DNA of 64,000 nt. It comes from Octopus vulgaris. Taxonomy: Eukaryota. Shown here one piece after another: positions 1-14,767 of this stretch. Position 1 is the first letter of the stretch. Every line of letters starts with the position of its first letter. Below the pieces are notes generated by a model, which had not been told where the DNA came from, searched no databases, and was given only the letters and a program-made list of their open reading frames with translations. The translations under genes and the position numbers were made by a program. Location of the stretch: the NCBI GenBank assembly GCA_951406725.2, contig OX597823.1, forward strand, positions 113,584,001-113,648,000, given 5' to 3'.

Positions 1-790
1 CAGGATTTTATAATTCTGATATCATATAAAGATACAGTATTACTTGTAATAACATAGTTGATAACTGCTTACTATAAATATCTTTGTCGTATTTAGTTTG
101 TACTTGGTTGCAGCAAAAGAGAACATTCATGTACACTTATTGTCAATTTATAATTGGCAGCTTCAAAGCGACGAGCATACGCATTCTCTCACTTTACGCA
201 CACTCATTAGTGACTGCCGCATCACTAGAAACAGATGCATGGAAATACGAATTATGGCAGAATTTTACAAAATATTCTCGCACTTTATCGGATATAATTA
301 TGGAGTAATATTATGAGTCGAACTTAGTTATATTTATATTTTGCCAGGTATATATGACACTCGGTGTGAACGTTGTACGGATGATTTACGTTGAATTAAA
401 ACTATAGCAAATAGATGTGGATATGTTTATGTTGAAGTGCCGTACTCGGTCCCGAATCCTTTTGCTGCTATCATTAAAGCAGCCTCAGGACCGAAGAGAC
501 GAAGTATGTTATGGCATTCATTTTGTATTATATTGTAAACAAGACTCGCCTTCCGTAAATAATGTTGGGATAATAATCTTATAAACTTCTACCGTACTCA
601 ACATTCAAAAGGTATAATGCTGCATATTCATAGATTATGTTTATTGGGAAAAGGTACCTCCAAACATTAGCATTATTCACATATACGATCCATGGATTGT
701 TATATGGATTCTTAGCATGTTTTATATAGTGAAATAAGATTATACACAGTAAATCAGGTATTTTAAAAAAATTTAATAAAAAATAACAAC

Positions 791-1159
791 TTATTCGTCA
801 ATAATGTATTCACCTTTGTTGTGTAAAACTTCTTCCCAACGTTCAACAAGATTTTGAAGACCTCGTTGATAGAAATCACCCGATTTCGACTCGAAAAATT
901 GATCCAACCAAGCTCTCAATTCTGCATCAGTATTGAACGAAATACCGCGCATAGCATTTGAAAGAGATCGAAAGAGGTGGAAATCCGTTGGTGCCAAATC
1001 AGGAGTGTACGGCGAGTGTGGCAGTACTTTCCGGACATGCGTTTGAATGGCTTCCTTAGTCATATTGGCGATATGAGGACTGGCGTTGTCGTGCAGCAGA
1101 AGAACTCCATGCTGCCGATTAGGTCTTTTCTCTTGAATAGCCGTATTGAGTCGTTCCAT
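791..1159 (-). pseudogene. Mariner (DD34D) transposase, C-terminal fragment
   Basis: Translation has LLLHDNASPH and LPHSPYTPDLAPTDFHLFRSL (the mariner YSPDLAPxD motif) and ends ...LVERWEEVLHNKGEYIIDE; the N-terminal part is missing. Confidence 0.92.
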
Positions 1160-1816
1160 TTGTTTAACATAGAATTAGCAAGAGCAACACCCTGAAAGTA
1201 ACCGTGGTAACAGTATCCTTATAAGAATTGCTTCAAGTTACGTACGTTGAGCTTGTCATTTAGTAACTGATATGCTATCAATGGTAGATCTTGAATCCTG
1301 CAGTCAATGTAGTAATTATACTTGTGTTGTTATATTACATAGGCGTACAGACATAGGCTTTTGCCACAAATGTTATCAATGTGACCAGAAATGGAATAAG
1401 TTATTGTGGATCTCTTTAGTAGATGGGCATTTGTGAAACGGTAGTCTCGAGTGGGATAATCGTAAAATGAATCCTTCCTTGTTGATAGCTTTGAGGTAGC
1501 AGCGTCTTTTTTCTGCAATGGAGCATCTTAAGAAACCATATATATGGTTGTATTTTCCCCGTCTCTTTCCTTTGTCTTGCTGTTGCCCTAGAATTATCTG
1601 CAGAGACCTATTATTCTGAGGAACTTCCTGGTTTGGGATTATATTCTTGTAAGTGGATTTATTCGAAAATCTGTGGAACAACAAAGTTTGCGTATGATGC
1701 AAAATGGAAATATTATAATCTTTTATTTAATCTGCTGAAGCGATAGTATAGGATTTGGAGCAATGTAGAAAAAAATGATGGCCAGCTAGAGCTCACAATG
1801 TATTCAGGATGTGATA

Positions 1817-2214
1817 TCTTTATATATAAAAGTCAAGTTGTGTGTCTGTCTCCAACGATTTAGATTCCTAACTACTCCCACATTTTGCGGTGCAGTTTAA
1901 CCAAAACCGGGTATCTTATAGTCGTGATTCATATCGAGCCCTTCTGGGTATTAGCGCGCGTCTACGATGAGTCTACGATTTAAAAAAAATTTACCATCAT
2001 TTTTTTTCCATTTTAATGCATTTTTTCGCTATTATATAAGGGAAGTAACTCTCTAAAAATGTCTACGATGAGTCAACGATTTAAAAAAAAAATTACCATC
2101 ATTTTTCTTCCATTTTTAATGCATTTTTGTGCTATTTTTTGGCTATAACTGTCTAAAAATGCTTATATAGTTATTTCCCTTACAAACCCGAGCAACGTCG
2201 GGCGATACTGCTAG
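1817..2214 (+). mobile_element. Non-autonomous Helitron (~400 bp)
   Basis: Starts with TC after A1816 and ends with CTAG (2211-2214) before T2215. Subterminal hairpin CCCGA-gcaacg-TCGGG (2187-2202) lies 8 nt before CTAG. Internal ~100-bp tandem duplication (1960-2060 / 2061-2160). Confidence 0.8.
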
Positions 2215-5200
2215 TATAAAATGTTTTTACGATGTAAAATGAGCACTGTTAAACGTGTTCAATCACTGTATGTTTGAAACTGTATTTGAATATAATTTTT
2301 GTGTAAGTTGTTTTATAGGTTGTACAATCACGTGGCAAAAATTAATATTTGTCCTGAGTTAATTCTGCCTGCGAATCAAACATAATGTGTGTGTAGTAGT
2401 TTATTTTAGTTTTTACAATTTGCAAATATTTCCATTTGCTGATGAACAGTGCTGTGTCCAAATTTGAATATTATAACATGTAACTAAATAGTACTCTGCT
2501 GTAAACAGTTATATATGTTCCGCATTGGATTCTTCAAATAAGTATGGTAGTACAGTTTTGAAAATATAATAGTGATCCAGTTAAGATAAGCTGGTGTCTA
2601 TAATAAAGTGAGTATTGTCTTGGACTATCAATTATTTTTACACGTAACTATATTGGCCAGAAACGTGAAACGATGTCGAAAACTATTTCGATGTATATCA
2701 CAATAGAAAGGGTTACTGTTATCTAGTATTTTTTAAAAGTTCAGAATTAATATTGGAATCTATAAGAACAGTTTTGATAGACATTTGTACAATAAATTTG
2801 CATAAGAATGTGTGATATGCTCGCATCGATTTTAATATTACGAAATGTTAATCTTAGATCTGTAAGCTCATCCAGCATGCTGATGAATGCATCTAATGGA
2901 ATCCAGTATGGTTATGTCACAGTTTCTCTTTGTTGAGTTGATCGATTTTAGCGTTTTATCGTCACTCCATTCCATATTGCTCGCTCAGATAATGTAATAA
3001 GAGCGACATAGAGACTGGATCACATAATAATAAAACCTTTGATATTAACAGCATACTCTCTTGAAGCGGAGACTTTTTCTCCAAAACAATCTGGTTTAAA
3101 TATGAAATTCACCGATAATAACACCGCTGAAACACACTGCAGAACACAGACATATACATACAAGTGCATATATGGGTGTGACCATTATTGTATAATTCAA
3201 TGATAGAGACTTGTATATGTGTTCCTATACAAATCTAAAGAAGACCCTAAATGCAGTAACGATAATAGCACAAGAGAAGTTATATGAGCATATAAAAGGT
3301 ATTACTATTCATGCTACTTTGAAGATTCCTAAACTGAGAACGAAATATAAGAAAGTTGCATGAATAAAACTGTTCCATTTTGATCTGACATCTTAGAAAC
3401 TGTATTACTAGAGTTATGAAGTTTTCTCATTCTTAATCGCCATTATTCCATTTCGTTTCAGTAAAATTTCGAGGAGAATATTTTATTTTTCTCTTTTCGT
3501 TGAAATTCATAAACTATAAAACAGACAGACGCCAAATCTTATCTAAGAAGCATTATGTTCTTACATAAATGGAAAAAGAAAGAGCTGGCATAAGCATTAT
3601 ACATAAGCAGGGTATTAAGCTAATTTGAATTCATTATAATTATCTAAAAAATGTGATCATAAATTTTATGTAGAATCTGATTGAAATCTTTAGAATCTTT
3701 GTATACCATCTGAATATCACTAATTAGGAAATGAGATATGCTGGAAAATAAATCGTACAAAATATATTGTGGTGTTTGGATGTTTGCTTTTGCTCTGCGT
3801 TCGAACCGAGCTAATTGCAATTTTGTATTTTATCACACCATGATCGATTCACTTGTTTGAACGCGTCGACTGTATAACGTGTGGCTTGCAGTATCTTTCT
3901 CAACCACCAGCATGCGTTTAGAGGTAACACTTTAAAGCTACTGGAATATCGCTGTTTCATATTTGAATACATCAATATCAGCAAGAAAAAATATTTGAAT
4001 TGGTTGTTGACTTTTAAACAAGGAATATTCTAATAGAATATATGCTTTGTAGCCGAAGTAATAATAGTAAGAATCTTTCCTTTATTAGCCACATAGCCCC
4101 AAGGATACGATTTAAAAAACATGTCAAACAAAAGGTTACAGTTATGTATATATCGGTAATAAACGTATGTGCGGCAAAAACTGAAAACAAGTTAATAATT
4201 CGGTACCCCAAAAATATGTTGATAAAAGAAATTTCCGTCAAAGTATTAAGAATCTATAACCTGGATAGACTTAGGAAACCGTTGATTTTGACCGCTTTCT
4301 ATCTTGGGCGCAAAATGGGTCTCTTAAATTCCGAGGAGGTCATCTCCAGTTGACATGCGAAATCTTCCTAACCTTCTAGAGAGTCATCTACAATCTTTAT
4401 ACAAATGAGGCCGTTCGTATTTGATTTCCTGTTAACTTACTAATTAGCACATCACTGGTCTATAGATATAATTATTTGTTTGTTTTTAGCCTTTCTCACA
4501 GGTTAGTGCTTTTCAGGCGGCTCGCCGTTGCGAAGAAGTCATGCAGACTGGGGTCACCCACTTTTTGCGTAATTGTTTAAATTTTTGCTCGGGTCCGTAA
4601 TTACATTAGCACTGTCCACTTCAATTATACAGGGTGATACTGTGGCTTGTAGACTCTAATCTGTCCTGTCATAAAACTGCAGACATAAGTGCCCCCCCAT
4701 CATCACCAGATCTTATGATTAGAGGCACTGGGTATAAAATGATCCTGCTGCCGTCCCGTCTATTCCCGCTAGTGGAAGCAGCCGGTGTCTGGGAATATAA
4801 GTTGTAATATGAATTTCAAATTTGTCTTTTGGTGTTCTGAGGACGCGTTCTCTGCTGCTATTTGTGAACTTTTACTCCATTATTTGGCTCAAAGCCCAAA
4901 TGTAGCCATCACATCACCTATTTATTTTCCATTTCACCATCAGTGAAACTAACCTCCACACTAGTTCTCTAACGGGCTACAAATTTTGGGGGTTTATTAA
5001 GCTCTTAGTATCTATGTAGAAACGACTTGAATACAAACTTTTATTTAGTTCCACCTCGGAGTTCCTTACATATTGTTGCGCAGATGCGATCACACGCCAA
5101 ATGTTGCCTCTCAGCGAAATATCTCTCTCCCCTTCCAAGGCGACCTTCTTGCAACGATTGGAAATATTGCAACTGACTGTTTATCAAAAATCTGCAAAAG

Positions 5201-5899
5201 AACTTTAGCATGTCGAAAGACGTAGCCTCTTTCAATAATAGGTAAGGAATCAGAATCCATAATTTGCGAAGCCTTTTGGTGGCAAATAGAACAATAGAAT
5301 TTTGCTTTTCTATTTCCTAAACCTGGAAGAAATTATCCTCTACAACGTGTTCTGGGAAACGTTGGTTCCTTGGTCGTCATCAACTTCTGCTACGGGCGCT
5401 CTCAGAACCATGTGACTCTATTTGCTTTCGCACATGAAACTCAAGGAGCTATGGCCAGTAGAGTTTTGGAGACAATAACAACTGTTAGTTACGCTTTCTT
5501 CCCCATCGAATTAACTATTTCCAATATTGTTTTCAAGAATAGGAATTTTTCTGTCTATGTATGTATTTAATATCATTGTGTACTCCTTTGTAAAACTGCA
5601 AATGCCATTGTGGAGACAACATTCCCCAGTCGATTCTGAGGCGGTATTCTGACAAAAACATATGCAATACGAATCTGTATTTATCACAAACGTGTAAACA
5701 GTTTCAAATATCAAAAAGCAAACAAGTGTTACTCTGCTTCGTGTAATAGTCTAAGTGTTTAAATCACCTGAAACACATTACTGGTAGCAAGAAATAGGGC
5801 TTACTTCCATTTCCATGAAATAACAGTGGAATAAAGTATCCTCCGCATCCTTCATAGTGAACAGCCGTCGCAGTTCATATAGAGAAACAACAGCCGTGA

Positions 5900-6032
5900 T
5901 GATGTCGATGACGACGACGACGGCGGCGGCGGCATAAAGAACCATGATGATGATAATGCTGCTGCTGCTGATGATGATGTTAACAACAATAATAATAACA
6001 ATAACAGCAATAATAATAATGATAGTAATAAT

Positions 6033-6067
<35 letters not shown>

Positions 6068-6320
6068 GCACCTCATGTCAAAATTAACATTATTATTATT
6101 GTCATTATTATTATTATTATTATTGTTATTATTATTATTATTATTATTGTTATTATTATCATTATTATTATTATTATTGTTATTATTATTATTATTATTA
6201 TTGTTATTATTATTATTATTATTGTTATTATTATCATTATTATTATTATTATTGTTGTTGTTATTATTATTATTATTATTGTTGTTGTTGTTATTATTGT
6301 TATTGTTGTTATTATTATTA

Positions 6321-6355
<35 letters not shown>

Positions 6356-6383
6356 GTTATTATTATTATTATTGTTATTATTG

Positions 6384-6445
<62 letters not shown>
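5900..6445. repeat. Compound trinucleotide microsatellite (GAT/GAC/GGC/GCT/AAT, then long TTA/TTG)
   Basis: Directly visible; produces the poly-N/L/I ORFs in the track. Confidence 0.97.
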
Positions 6446-6956
6446 ATGCACCTCATGTCAAAATTTTAAATGAAGTGAGCATAACAGTAAAGGAAAAGCA
6501 GATTGATGGAGTAGAATCGAAGTGTAGAATGTGGGAAATATTGAATGAAATTTGTATATCTATTCATTTATGAATACAAAAGGTGGAGAAAGTGACATAT
6601 CGAGGGATAGAGAGAGAGAGAGATAGAGAGAGAGAGAGAATAGAGGGAGAAAGAGAGTAGAGAAAGGTGTGAGTAAGAGTGAAATGTACTCTTATATCTT
6701 CTACTTTTGCACCATTTTTCTGTTCCTTTTGCAGCATCCCTTTGTCAACAGGGTTCTTATTTAGGCGTCTCATTGTCTCTGTAGCCTCAGCGACGCCGTG
6801 TTCGGCAAAACATAATGAAACGAATTTCCAATTATTTGTTTTTCCTTACATATTGTTTGCCATGTATTTCTTTTATTCGTGTTATGTATTTATGTAAGTC
6901 TGTTTCTTCGTTTGTTTTGGGAGGGATTTTTTTCTAGTTTTCCTCCCATTCCTTTA

Positions 6957-6996
<40 letters not shown>

Positions 6997-7306
6997 CGTT
7001 ATTTATCTCTTCATTTCATTTCATTCTTCTTTCTGAAATTGCCTTCAGAGAAATGAGTAGAATATACTGAATTGAAATTCCATTAATGTATTTGGTTCGT
7101 ATAAACTTTCCTGTCAATCAGAGAGATCTTTGAATGTCTTCTTATTTCCCCAGAAAGCCAGCTATAGAAAACATACAAATAAGAAAAAAAAACACGAATC
7201 ACATAGGAGAAACGCATGTAAAGCAAGGAAGAATACATACATTCATATATTCATTCATACATATGTATGTGTACGTGTGCTGTATGTGAGCGTGTGTGTG
7301 TGTGAA

Positions 7307-7365
<59 letters not shown>

Positions 7366-7742
7366 TCACGAACGAATTTCTTTTATAAATAGACACATAC
7401 AAAACAAAGAGAATCGGTATGGTTAAAATATAAAAAGAAAAAACAGACAACAACAGCAAAAAAACAGCAAGAAATCAAAATAAATGAATAAACATATATA
7501 ATTCAGTACTTCTATAGTTCCATGTGTTTGGCAATAAGATTTAGCTATTGCTCAGGAATTCCTGATATTCGTCTCTACCTTACTGCCACACAGTTTATAT
7601 ATTCTTACATTCTTATAAAGCGATGAAAATTTCTGCCTTTCCGTACAGACATACGCAAAAAAGCGCACGCACTTGCACACACACACACACACACACACCT
7701 ATCCATATATAAACTCAAATACACGCACACCTACGCACACAA

Positions 7743-7930
<188 letters not shown>

Positions 7931-9590
7931 TTATTGATTTATAGAAGGCTTAGTGCACGGAGAGAAAGAGAATTAGGGAGTGAATGGTAGTGACAGAGAT
8001 TGAGAGAGAGACATGTATTTTAAGACAATATAGAATTCAAACCTCTGAAGAGATGTAGGAAAAGACAGATTGAATGCGATATAGATGTCAAGAAGACTCT
8101 GCCATCTGCAGTTGCAATCACGAAGATATATAAGACTTGAATAAAAGACATTACTGAATCTGGAGAAAGCCTAAATAGAAATTCTATAAAAAAAATATGC
8201 TGCTCCTCAAAAAAATGCGCTTGTATAATTTTTTCTTTCCTTTTCCAACACTACGTTTTAGTTCATATCAGTTTGACAAAGATTTCTCCTGACCTTTAAT
8301 CCACGTATTATTTTGCATTTACAGAAAAAAATGACAAAAATTGTTGCATTATGTCCATTGTACGTTATGTATAAAGTGATTTATATGATCTACTGTAGCA
8401 TCGTTGGTGGGATTCAGTCCTTTAGAAATTATGAAAAGAATTCTCTTTTTTTTCTCTTTTCATATTGACTCAAGCAGATAAATGGGAGAGAAAAACATGA
8501 GACGCGTTAGAAGGAAAATGACGATGAAGAAATATGTATGAATTAAGAAATTATCTCACATTTCATTAACTGTTGAGAATGTAATGTTGTTTAAATTCTA
8601 TCAGATGGCGTTAGAATTAAATGCCTGTGTTTTAATCAATACGATGTTCTGTTTAGCAAAACAGATTGAGTTTCTAAAACCGTTTCGATTCTTGCTTCAA
8701 ACTTATGTTTATATAAAAATACTTAGGCCTTTTGCAAATAGCAAACAGTATCGTTTCTTTTAGTGTGATGTTATCCACGCGTTATTATGGGTTCTCAGTT
8801 GCGGTCCGGGGTATCTTCCATTCGTTAAATGTTGCGATCCATTTCAAGTTCAAACAAAGTTTAAGAAACCACAATATCTGGAAACATTTTGCTCCCCATG
8901 TTACTGCAGAATCAACTAGAATCGCTTCCATCATTTTCACCGCTTTTTCTATTGTTTTTTTGCAGTCAATAAATTCGACTCAGTGCGATCCATCGGGACA
9001 CACCAAGAAGTAGGATTCCCTGCTGAATATGACATAGGAATATCCAATTATAAAGTGCGATTTCATTTTTAAATATAGTGCTACATTAATTTGGAAAATT
9101 GCCCTTTATGAGCAAATCCTTATTTAAGAACTTACGTACCTCTCAGCTGATTAAACGTTGTGATACATAGGTAAGAAGCATCTCATAAATACCGTTTGTG
9201 GCTGGAGTAAAATATCTCTGGAGTCAATACCTATCGTCTGGAGAGTCACGTCTGGAATGAATTTGATCGTACATCCGCTCAACGAAGATTGGTTTAGGCT
9301 TCAGAACAAGAAGTACAACCAAAGTAGACCACTGAGATTAGGAAATATTTATATTTATATTTATTCATTATTTTATTTTAAAGTATTTGAGTCACATCTG
9401 CCTTCTGTGAATTATGTATTTTCTCTATTTTTCAAAAACGACCACACAAACAAACAAAATAAAGGAAAAATAAAAGCCAAATTTAAAATAAAATCCAACA
9501 ACGAAATTCTGACAAATTATCCCTTTCACACGAAACCGTGCAGTGAAGCTCGTATAGATTGCGTAGACATGTTTATACTTTACTTTGTGT

Positions 9591-9650
<60 letters not shown>

Positions 9651-12600
9651 ACACACAGAAACACACATACATACGCATATATAACGAAGCGGCTCTTATT
9701 CATTCACGTTCTACTGGTGATCGACATATAAATAATGGAATCACTGTTCAAGAAGTTGATGAGAAAAAAATCAACTAAAATAGTTTCTCGGAGTAAAAGA
9801 ATAGATTCCTGGTTTCAAACATATTATATTGACATATGTCACACTTCTCTATACAAAGCCTGCCAACTTAGCTTCGCTCTTATTTCCTCGCGTGGATGCC
9901 ATTTTAATTTTTATCTTGTAAGGAGTTGTAACCAGGTTTATTGCATATGTAAGTTATAAATGTATGTTATATGTAGTTTTATATATATATATATATATAT
10001 ATATGTATGAGTGCATGTATGTATATATACTGACATAAGTGTATTCTGAACCCGACACCAGGAATGTGCAAATATGCATATATATGTACACCACAAACAG
10101 TTTTTCACCATATATCCGCGTGTGTGTGTGTGTGTGTGTGTCTTTGTGTATGTGTGTGTATTAGCAGACAACTAATGATAGATATGCCATATTTTCTTCA
10201 AGTTGCATATTTAAATCCAACACAGGCAAAAATTTATAGTTTTGAGGCACTCAAAGTGATATCACGCGCAGCTGAATTATTTACTAGCTTCGCATCCATC
10301 TGTCTCTGTATATATATATATATATTTGCGTACGCGTGTGCTTGTGTGTGTGTATGTATGTAGATATGTGTACTTCCATGCATATACAAATATAAAACCA
10401 CGTAGGCTAAGAGAAACACAGCAGAAGAGATATTGGTGCAAAATCGTTACTACAAAACTTATATCAAAGACACGTTGAACAATTTTTATTTAAAAAAGGC
10501 AATATTTCAAAACTTGTCTTTTACATTAGAACAATGCGTTTCTAATTCAGATGAACTTTTAACATACGCCCTACATTAATTACTTAATGAAGCGATGTTA
10601 ATTCAGTTTTACCTTCACAAACGTAGCTTACTCATGTTCTCGACAAGACAATCTATGAGCGTAAATGAGGAAATGATCATTGCTTTCCAAATGGGCTTGC
10701 ATTTTCTGCGGTCTACATGGTTATTCTTAAATATGAACATGTAATATAATAAATGCGAAAGCTAATTTCTGTGTGTCAGTGAGTCACATCACAGTTTGAC
10801 TCGCTCTCTCACTATTCAATTATACTTCGTTGTGGTGGGGTGAGAGTAATAGTAGGCATAGAGATGGCAAGGGCGGTGGCGAAGAAAGAGATAGAGATAG
10901 AGAGAGAAAGAAAGAAAGACAGACAGAAAGAAAGAGAAAGAAGGGGAGAAAGAGAGATAAAGAAATTTAGAGGGAGTTTTCTCTCTGTTGCAAGAAGTAC
11001 TCACAGAAGCTACTACATCATAAGAACACGTATCCACAGACATTCACAGAGACACCAGAACGTACAGAAGCCCATCGACGTACATGTGACACACATACTT
11101 CGAAACATACACATACAGACACACAGAAGCAACCACAACATAAAAACACGCATGCACAAACATTTAGAGAACCATAACCTACATAAACACATGAACGTGC
11201 ATTCTGACATACATACTTAGAGACATACGCGTACATACAATCTGCTTTTCTCTCTCCTTGTCTCTGCAATACGCTTATAGAACCAACTACACAATACAAA
11301 CGTAACCTTAAGCTTACACAAACATTCACAAGACTGCATACACGCATGAGTACACACTCATACATACACACATATGCGCTCTCTTCTTCCCCTTCACCTT
11401 ACCCTTCTCATGTAAATTCCCACTTACATCCATGCAACAACAAACTCTTGGACCTAAAATTGAACAAGACCCAAGATGGAAACTGGCCATGTGTAAATAG
11501 AACATGTCGTTGTAGAGGTGACGATTAGCTGTGAAAGGGTTTAACAAACACAACTGATTGATTGAGTAACCGAAGATTCATCAAAACCTATTAGATAGTA
11601 GGTTAAATAGCTAAATTGTTGAAAAAACCATAAAGAAGTGAAGCTGCAGCAGTGTGTGTGCTTATTATTGGCATAATGACCTTCCTGTGATACGAAACCT
11701 GCTAGACTCTGACTTCCGTGAAAGAACTGACAGGCACGAGATTAAGTGGGATTTCGCTTCACCATTGACACTCCTCTTCAGTGCACACTGACTCTTCGAA
11801 TTTTCAGCATACCTTAGCAGAAGCATATATATTTGCAAAGATTTGCCAAGAAAAGTAAATTAATTATAGCCATACTAAGTATCGGCAATCATAATAATGT
11901 TGCGTAACATGTATTTAACGTTCCATATTCGAAAATGAAAAGATTTGTTGGATTTGTATTAGCAACAATATTCCAGTTATAACTTATGTATATATGTATA
12001 ACAAATATTAGCGATATTTCTCATCGATCACATTCTTTTACATGAACGTATTAATACTAAACACAACACACTCTTTTCTACCTTCGAGTATAGAGGACTG
12101 TTCGAAATTAAAAATTTAAACAACTGATTAAATAGTTCCAGTTTGATAAAACCATAGCACACATGTTTTTTCCATTTTTACAAAGGTCGATAGGCCTTCT
12201 TACCAAGCTATGTTAGTCGACTGAATGTGGGTCTATCTCTGATGAAAGAGAATCAGAATCAAATTATCTCATTCCCTAGAGTCTGTCTCACTGTGTTTTT
12301 CAGACATAGTCTATAAGGAGAAAGTTTCTGCAAGAAACTAAGCGCAGCGAATATATTTCCTGGCTGGAGGGTGCAAGAGCCTTCTAACTATACAATATAA
12401 ATGTCGGCAGTATAATTTTTGCTCCCCTACCGAATGAGCTTATAATAGACACACAGAAACATGTATACATATATGTTCTGTGTATGCTTTTATGTATCAT
12501 TTGTAATCAGGTGTCAGAAAGTCATTCCATCCGTGCCTATGATAGGAATTACAACCGTGTTTCGTGGTCTGCTACCACAGCAGCTCCTTTATAGGATCCA

Positions 12601-13928
12601 GTTATCTCAAGGCATCATCAGGAGGAATCACGTCCGGTTTCGGCCCTACTCCTCTACCGCTTTAACGCCCCCCCCCCCCTTTCGGAGGTGTCTTCAGCTC
12701 TGGTGTTGGGTGCATGTCTTCCTTCTTCTTCTTTCTTATGTTCCCTGGCAGCGCTACATCAATGTGTGTTCAACAGATCTATGACCCAAGAACTTACAAA
12801 TTTTACTATATTCTCATTCTCTATCTCTCTCTCTTTCACACACACACACAAACAAACTAACAAACACAATCACGAACAAACACACCCATACACACATGTG
12901 AGAATATAATATTTCTTCTGCCCTTTTTCCTTGTCAGGACAATGGGAACTAATAGAGATACGGATGTTAATACTTACACGCTGAAAGACTATTTAACGGT
13001 TTCGACATTGGCGGCTCTAAATGAGATTCTGCAGTTTGTTGAGGGGTTAACATCTCTAGTTTATCAGTAAATATTCTTGCTTGAGATAATATTTGGATCT
13101 TTGAAGACAGGGAAATATATTCATCTATTCTGTATAAACAATATAAGTGCAAATTGCTTATCTAACCGAAGCAAAAGTGGGATTTATGTAATTGCATTTC
13201 AGATCAAGCGATATTCAAGACTGTGTGAAGCTTGTAGTATTCAATGCATTTTAGATTCCGATCTATTATATGTATATGTGATTCCTATTTACAATTTCTA
13301 TTAAGAGATTAACTTATTGAAATTACATGCGAAAGTAAAGTGAACTATAAATGTCAAGAGATACACACGGAATCTAGACGAGCTGATTATGGAATTTAAT
13401 TCAGTAAATATATACAATGACATAACCTGCATGAATATATGCATAGCTTAGTTAGATAGCAGTATGTTAGTATTACGTACAGTGTTTACATACTAAGAGG
13501 TACGCCCACACATACACACATACGTACACATATACAGGTAAGAATCACACGAAAAATATGAGTAAAATTATGACACAAAATGGAGGGAAACATATAATTC
13601 GCCATGTCAGACAAAAATGTGTGATGACAGACAAACAAATGCACGTGCCAGGGAAAGCGATGAAATATACAGTGAAAATAAACGGAAAGTTCAAGAAGTG
13701 TATAATGTAGATAAATATGCCGAAGGAAGAAAAAGCAGCAGAACATCAGAGCTACCATGTAAGGAAACAACTTAATTTCGGTATGGTACATTTTATCTCA
13801 TTCTCATGGTCCTCAGCCTTAATTCTTCGCTTTGATAAACGTTTATCCCCTGAAATGGTCGATTGTATGTAGATGTGAAGGCACATCTCTCCTTGATAGT
13901 TGTAACACTTTCAAAAGCGTATAATGGA

Positions 13929-14346
13929 TACTCTTTACTCTTTTACTCTTTTACTTGTTTCAGTCATTTGACTGCGGCCATGCTGGAGCACCGCCTTTAG
14001 TCAAGCAAATCGACCCCGGGACTTATTCTTTGTAAGCCCAGTACTTATTCTATCGATCGCTTTTGCCGAACCGCTAAGTTACGGGGACGTAAACACACCA
14101 GCATCGGTTGTCAAGCAATGCTAGGGGGACAAACACAGACACACAAACATATACACACACACTTATATATATATACATATATACGACAGGCTTCTTTCAG
14201 TTTCCGTCTACCAAATCCACTCACAAGGCATTGGTCGGCCCGGGGCTATAGCAGAAGACACTTGCCCAAGATGCCACGCAGTGGAACTGAACCCGGAACC
14301 ATGTGGTTGGTTAGCAAGCTACTTACCACACAGCCACTCCTGCGCC
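13929..14346 (-). mobile_element. tRNA-derived SINE, family A (CORE-like, internal TA/TG microsatellite)
   Basis: Minus strand head GGCGCAGGAGTGGCTGTGTGGTAAG...GGGTTCAGTTCC (A/B-box-like), CTTGGGCAAGT CORE-like motif, tail GGCGGTGCTCCAGCATGGCCGCAGTCAAATGACTGAAACAAG(TAAAAGAG)n. Several similar copies occur in the window. Confidence 0.9.
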
Positions 14347-14682
14347 TTATATTGAATATTAGTTTGATAATGCAGTTATATGTGTCAAGCTTATATGATT
14401 AATATTGAACTAAGGCACCATCCAATGTATTTATTTATAAGTGTAGCGTATTAGTGCCATGATGTTATATAAAATAACTATTCTTTAAACCAGTAGCATG
14501 GTTCTGTAGTAATTTGTAACAGCAGAGAACACAATGCTCAATACGGTAGCTGACACCTTGGGGAAGATAAGGTTTCAGAGAATGACATCAGAATAACAAT
14601 ATCAGGAAATATGATAAACACATATATGTGTGTGTGTGCGTTTGTGTACATTCTTTGTTAATGCTACAGTGTGTATCTATGT

Positions 14683-14767
<85 letters not shown>

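Noticed and set aside
1960-2160. CRISPR-like repeat array
   Set aside because: Only two adjacent ~100-bp units without spacers, inside a Helitron; eukaryotic context and no cas genes.
4540-5240. Possible LTR/PBS remnant (TGGGTGACCCC on the minus strand near 4550-4562)
   Set aside because: I found no TG..CA-bounded LTR and no gag or pol motif.
5778-6456. Poly-N, poly-L and poly-I ORFs, and the many [12 protein letters not shown] ORFs throughout the window
   Set aside because: They are translations of microsatellites with no coding signal.
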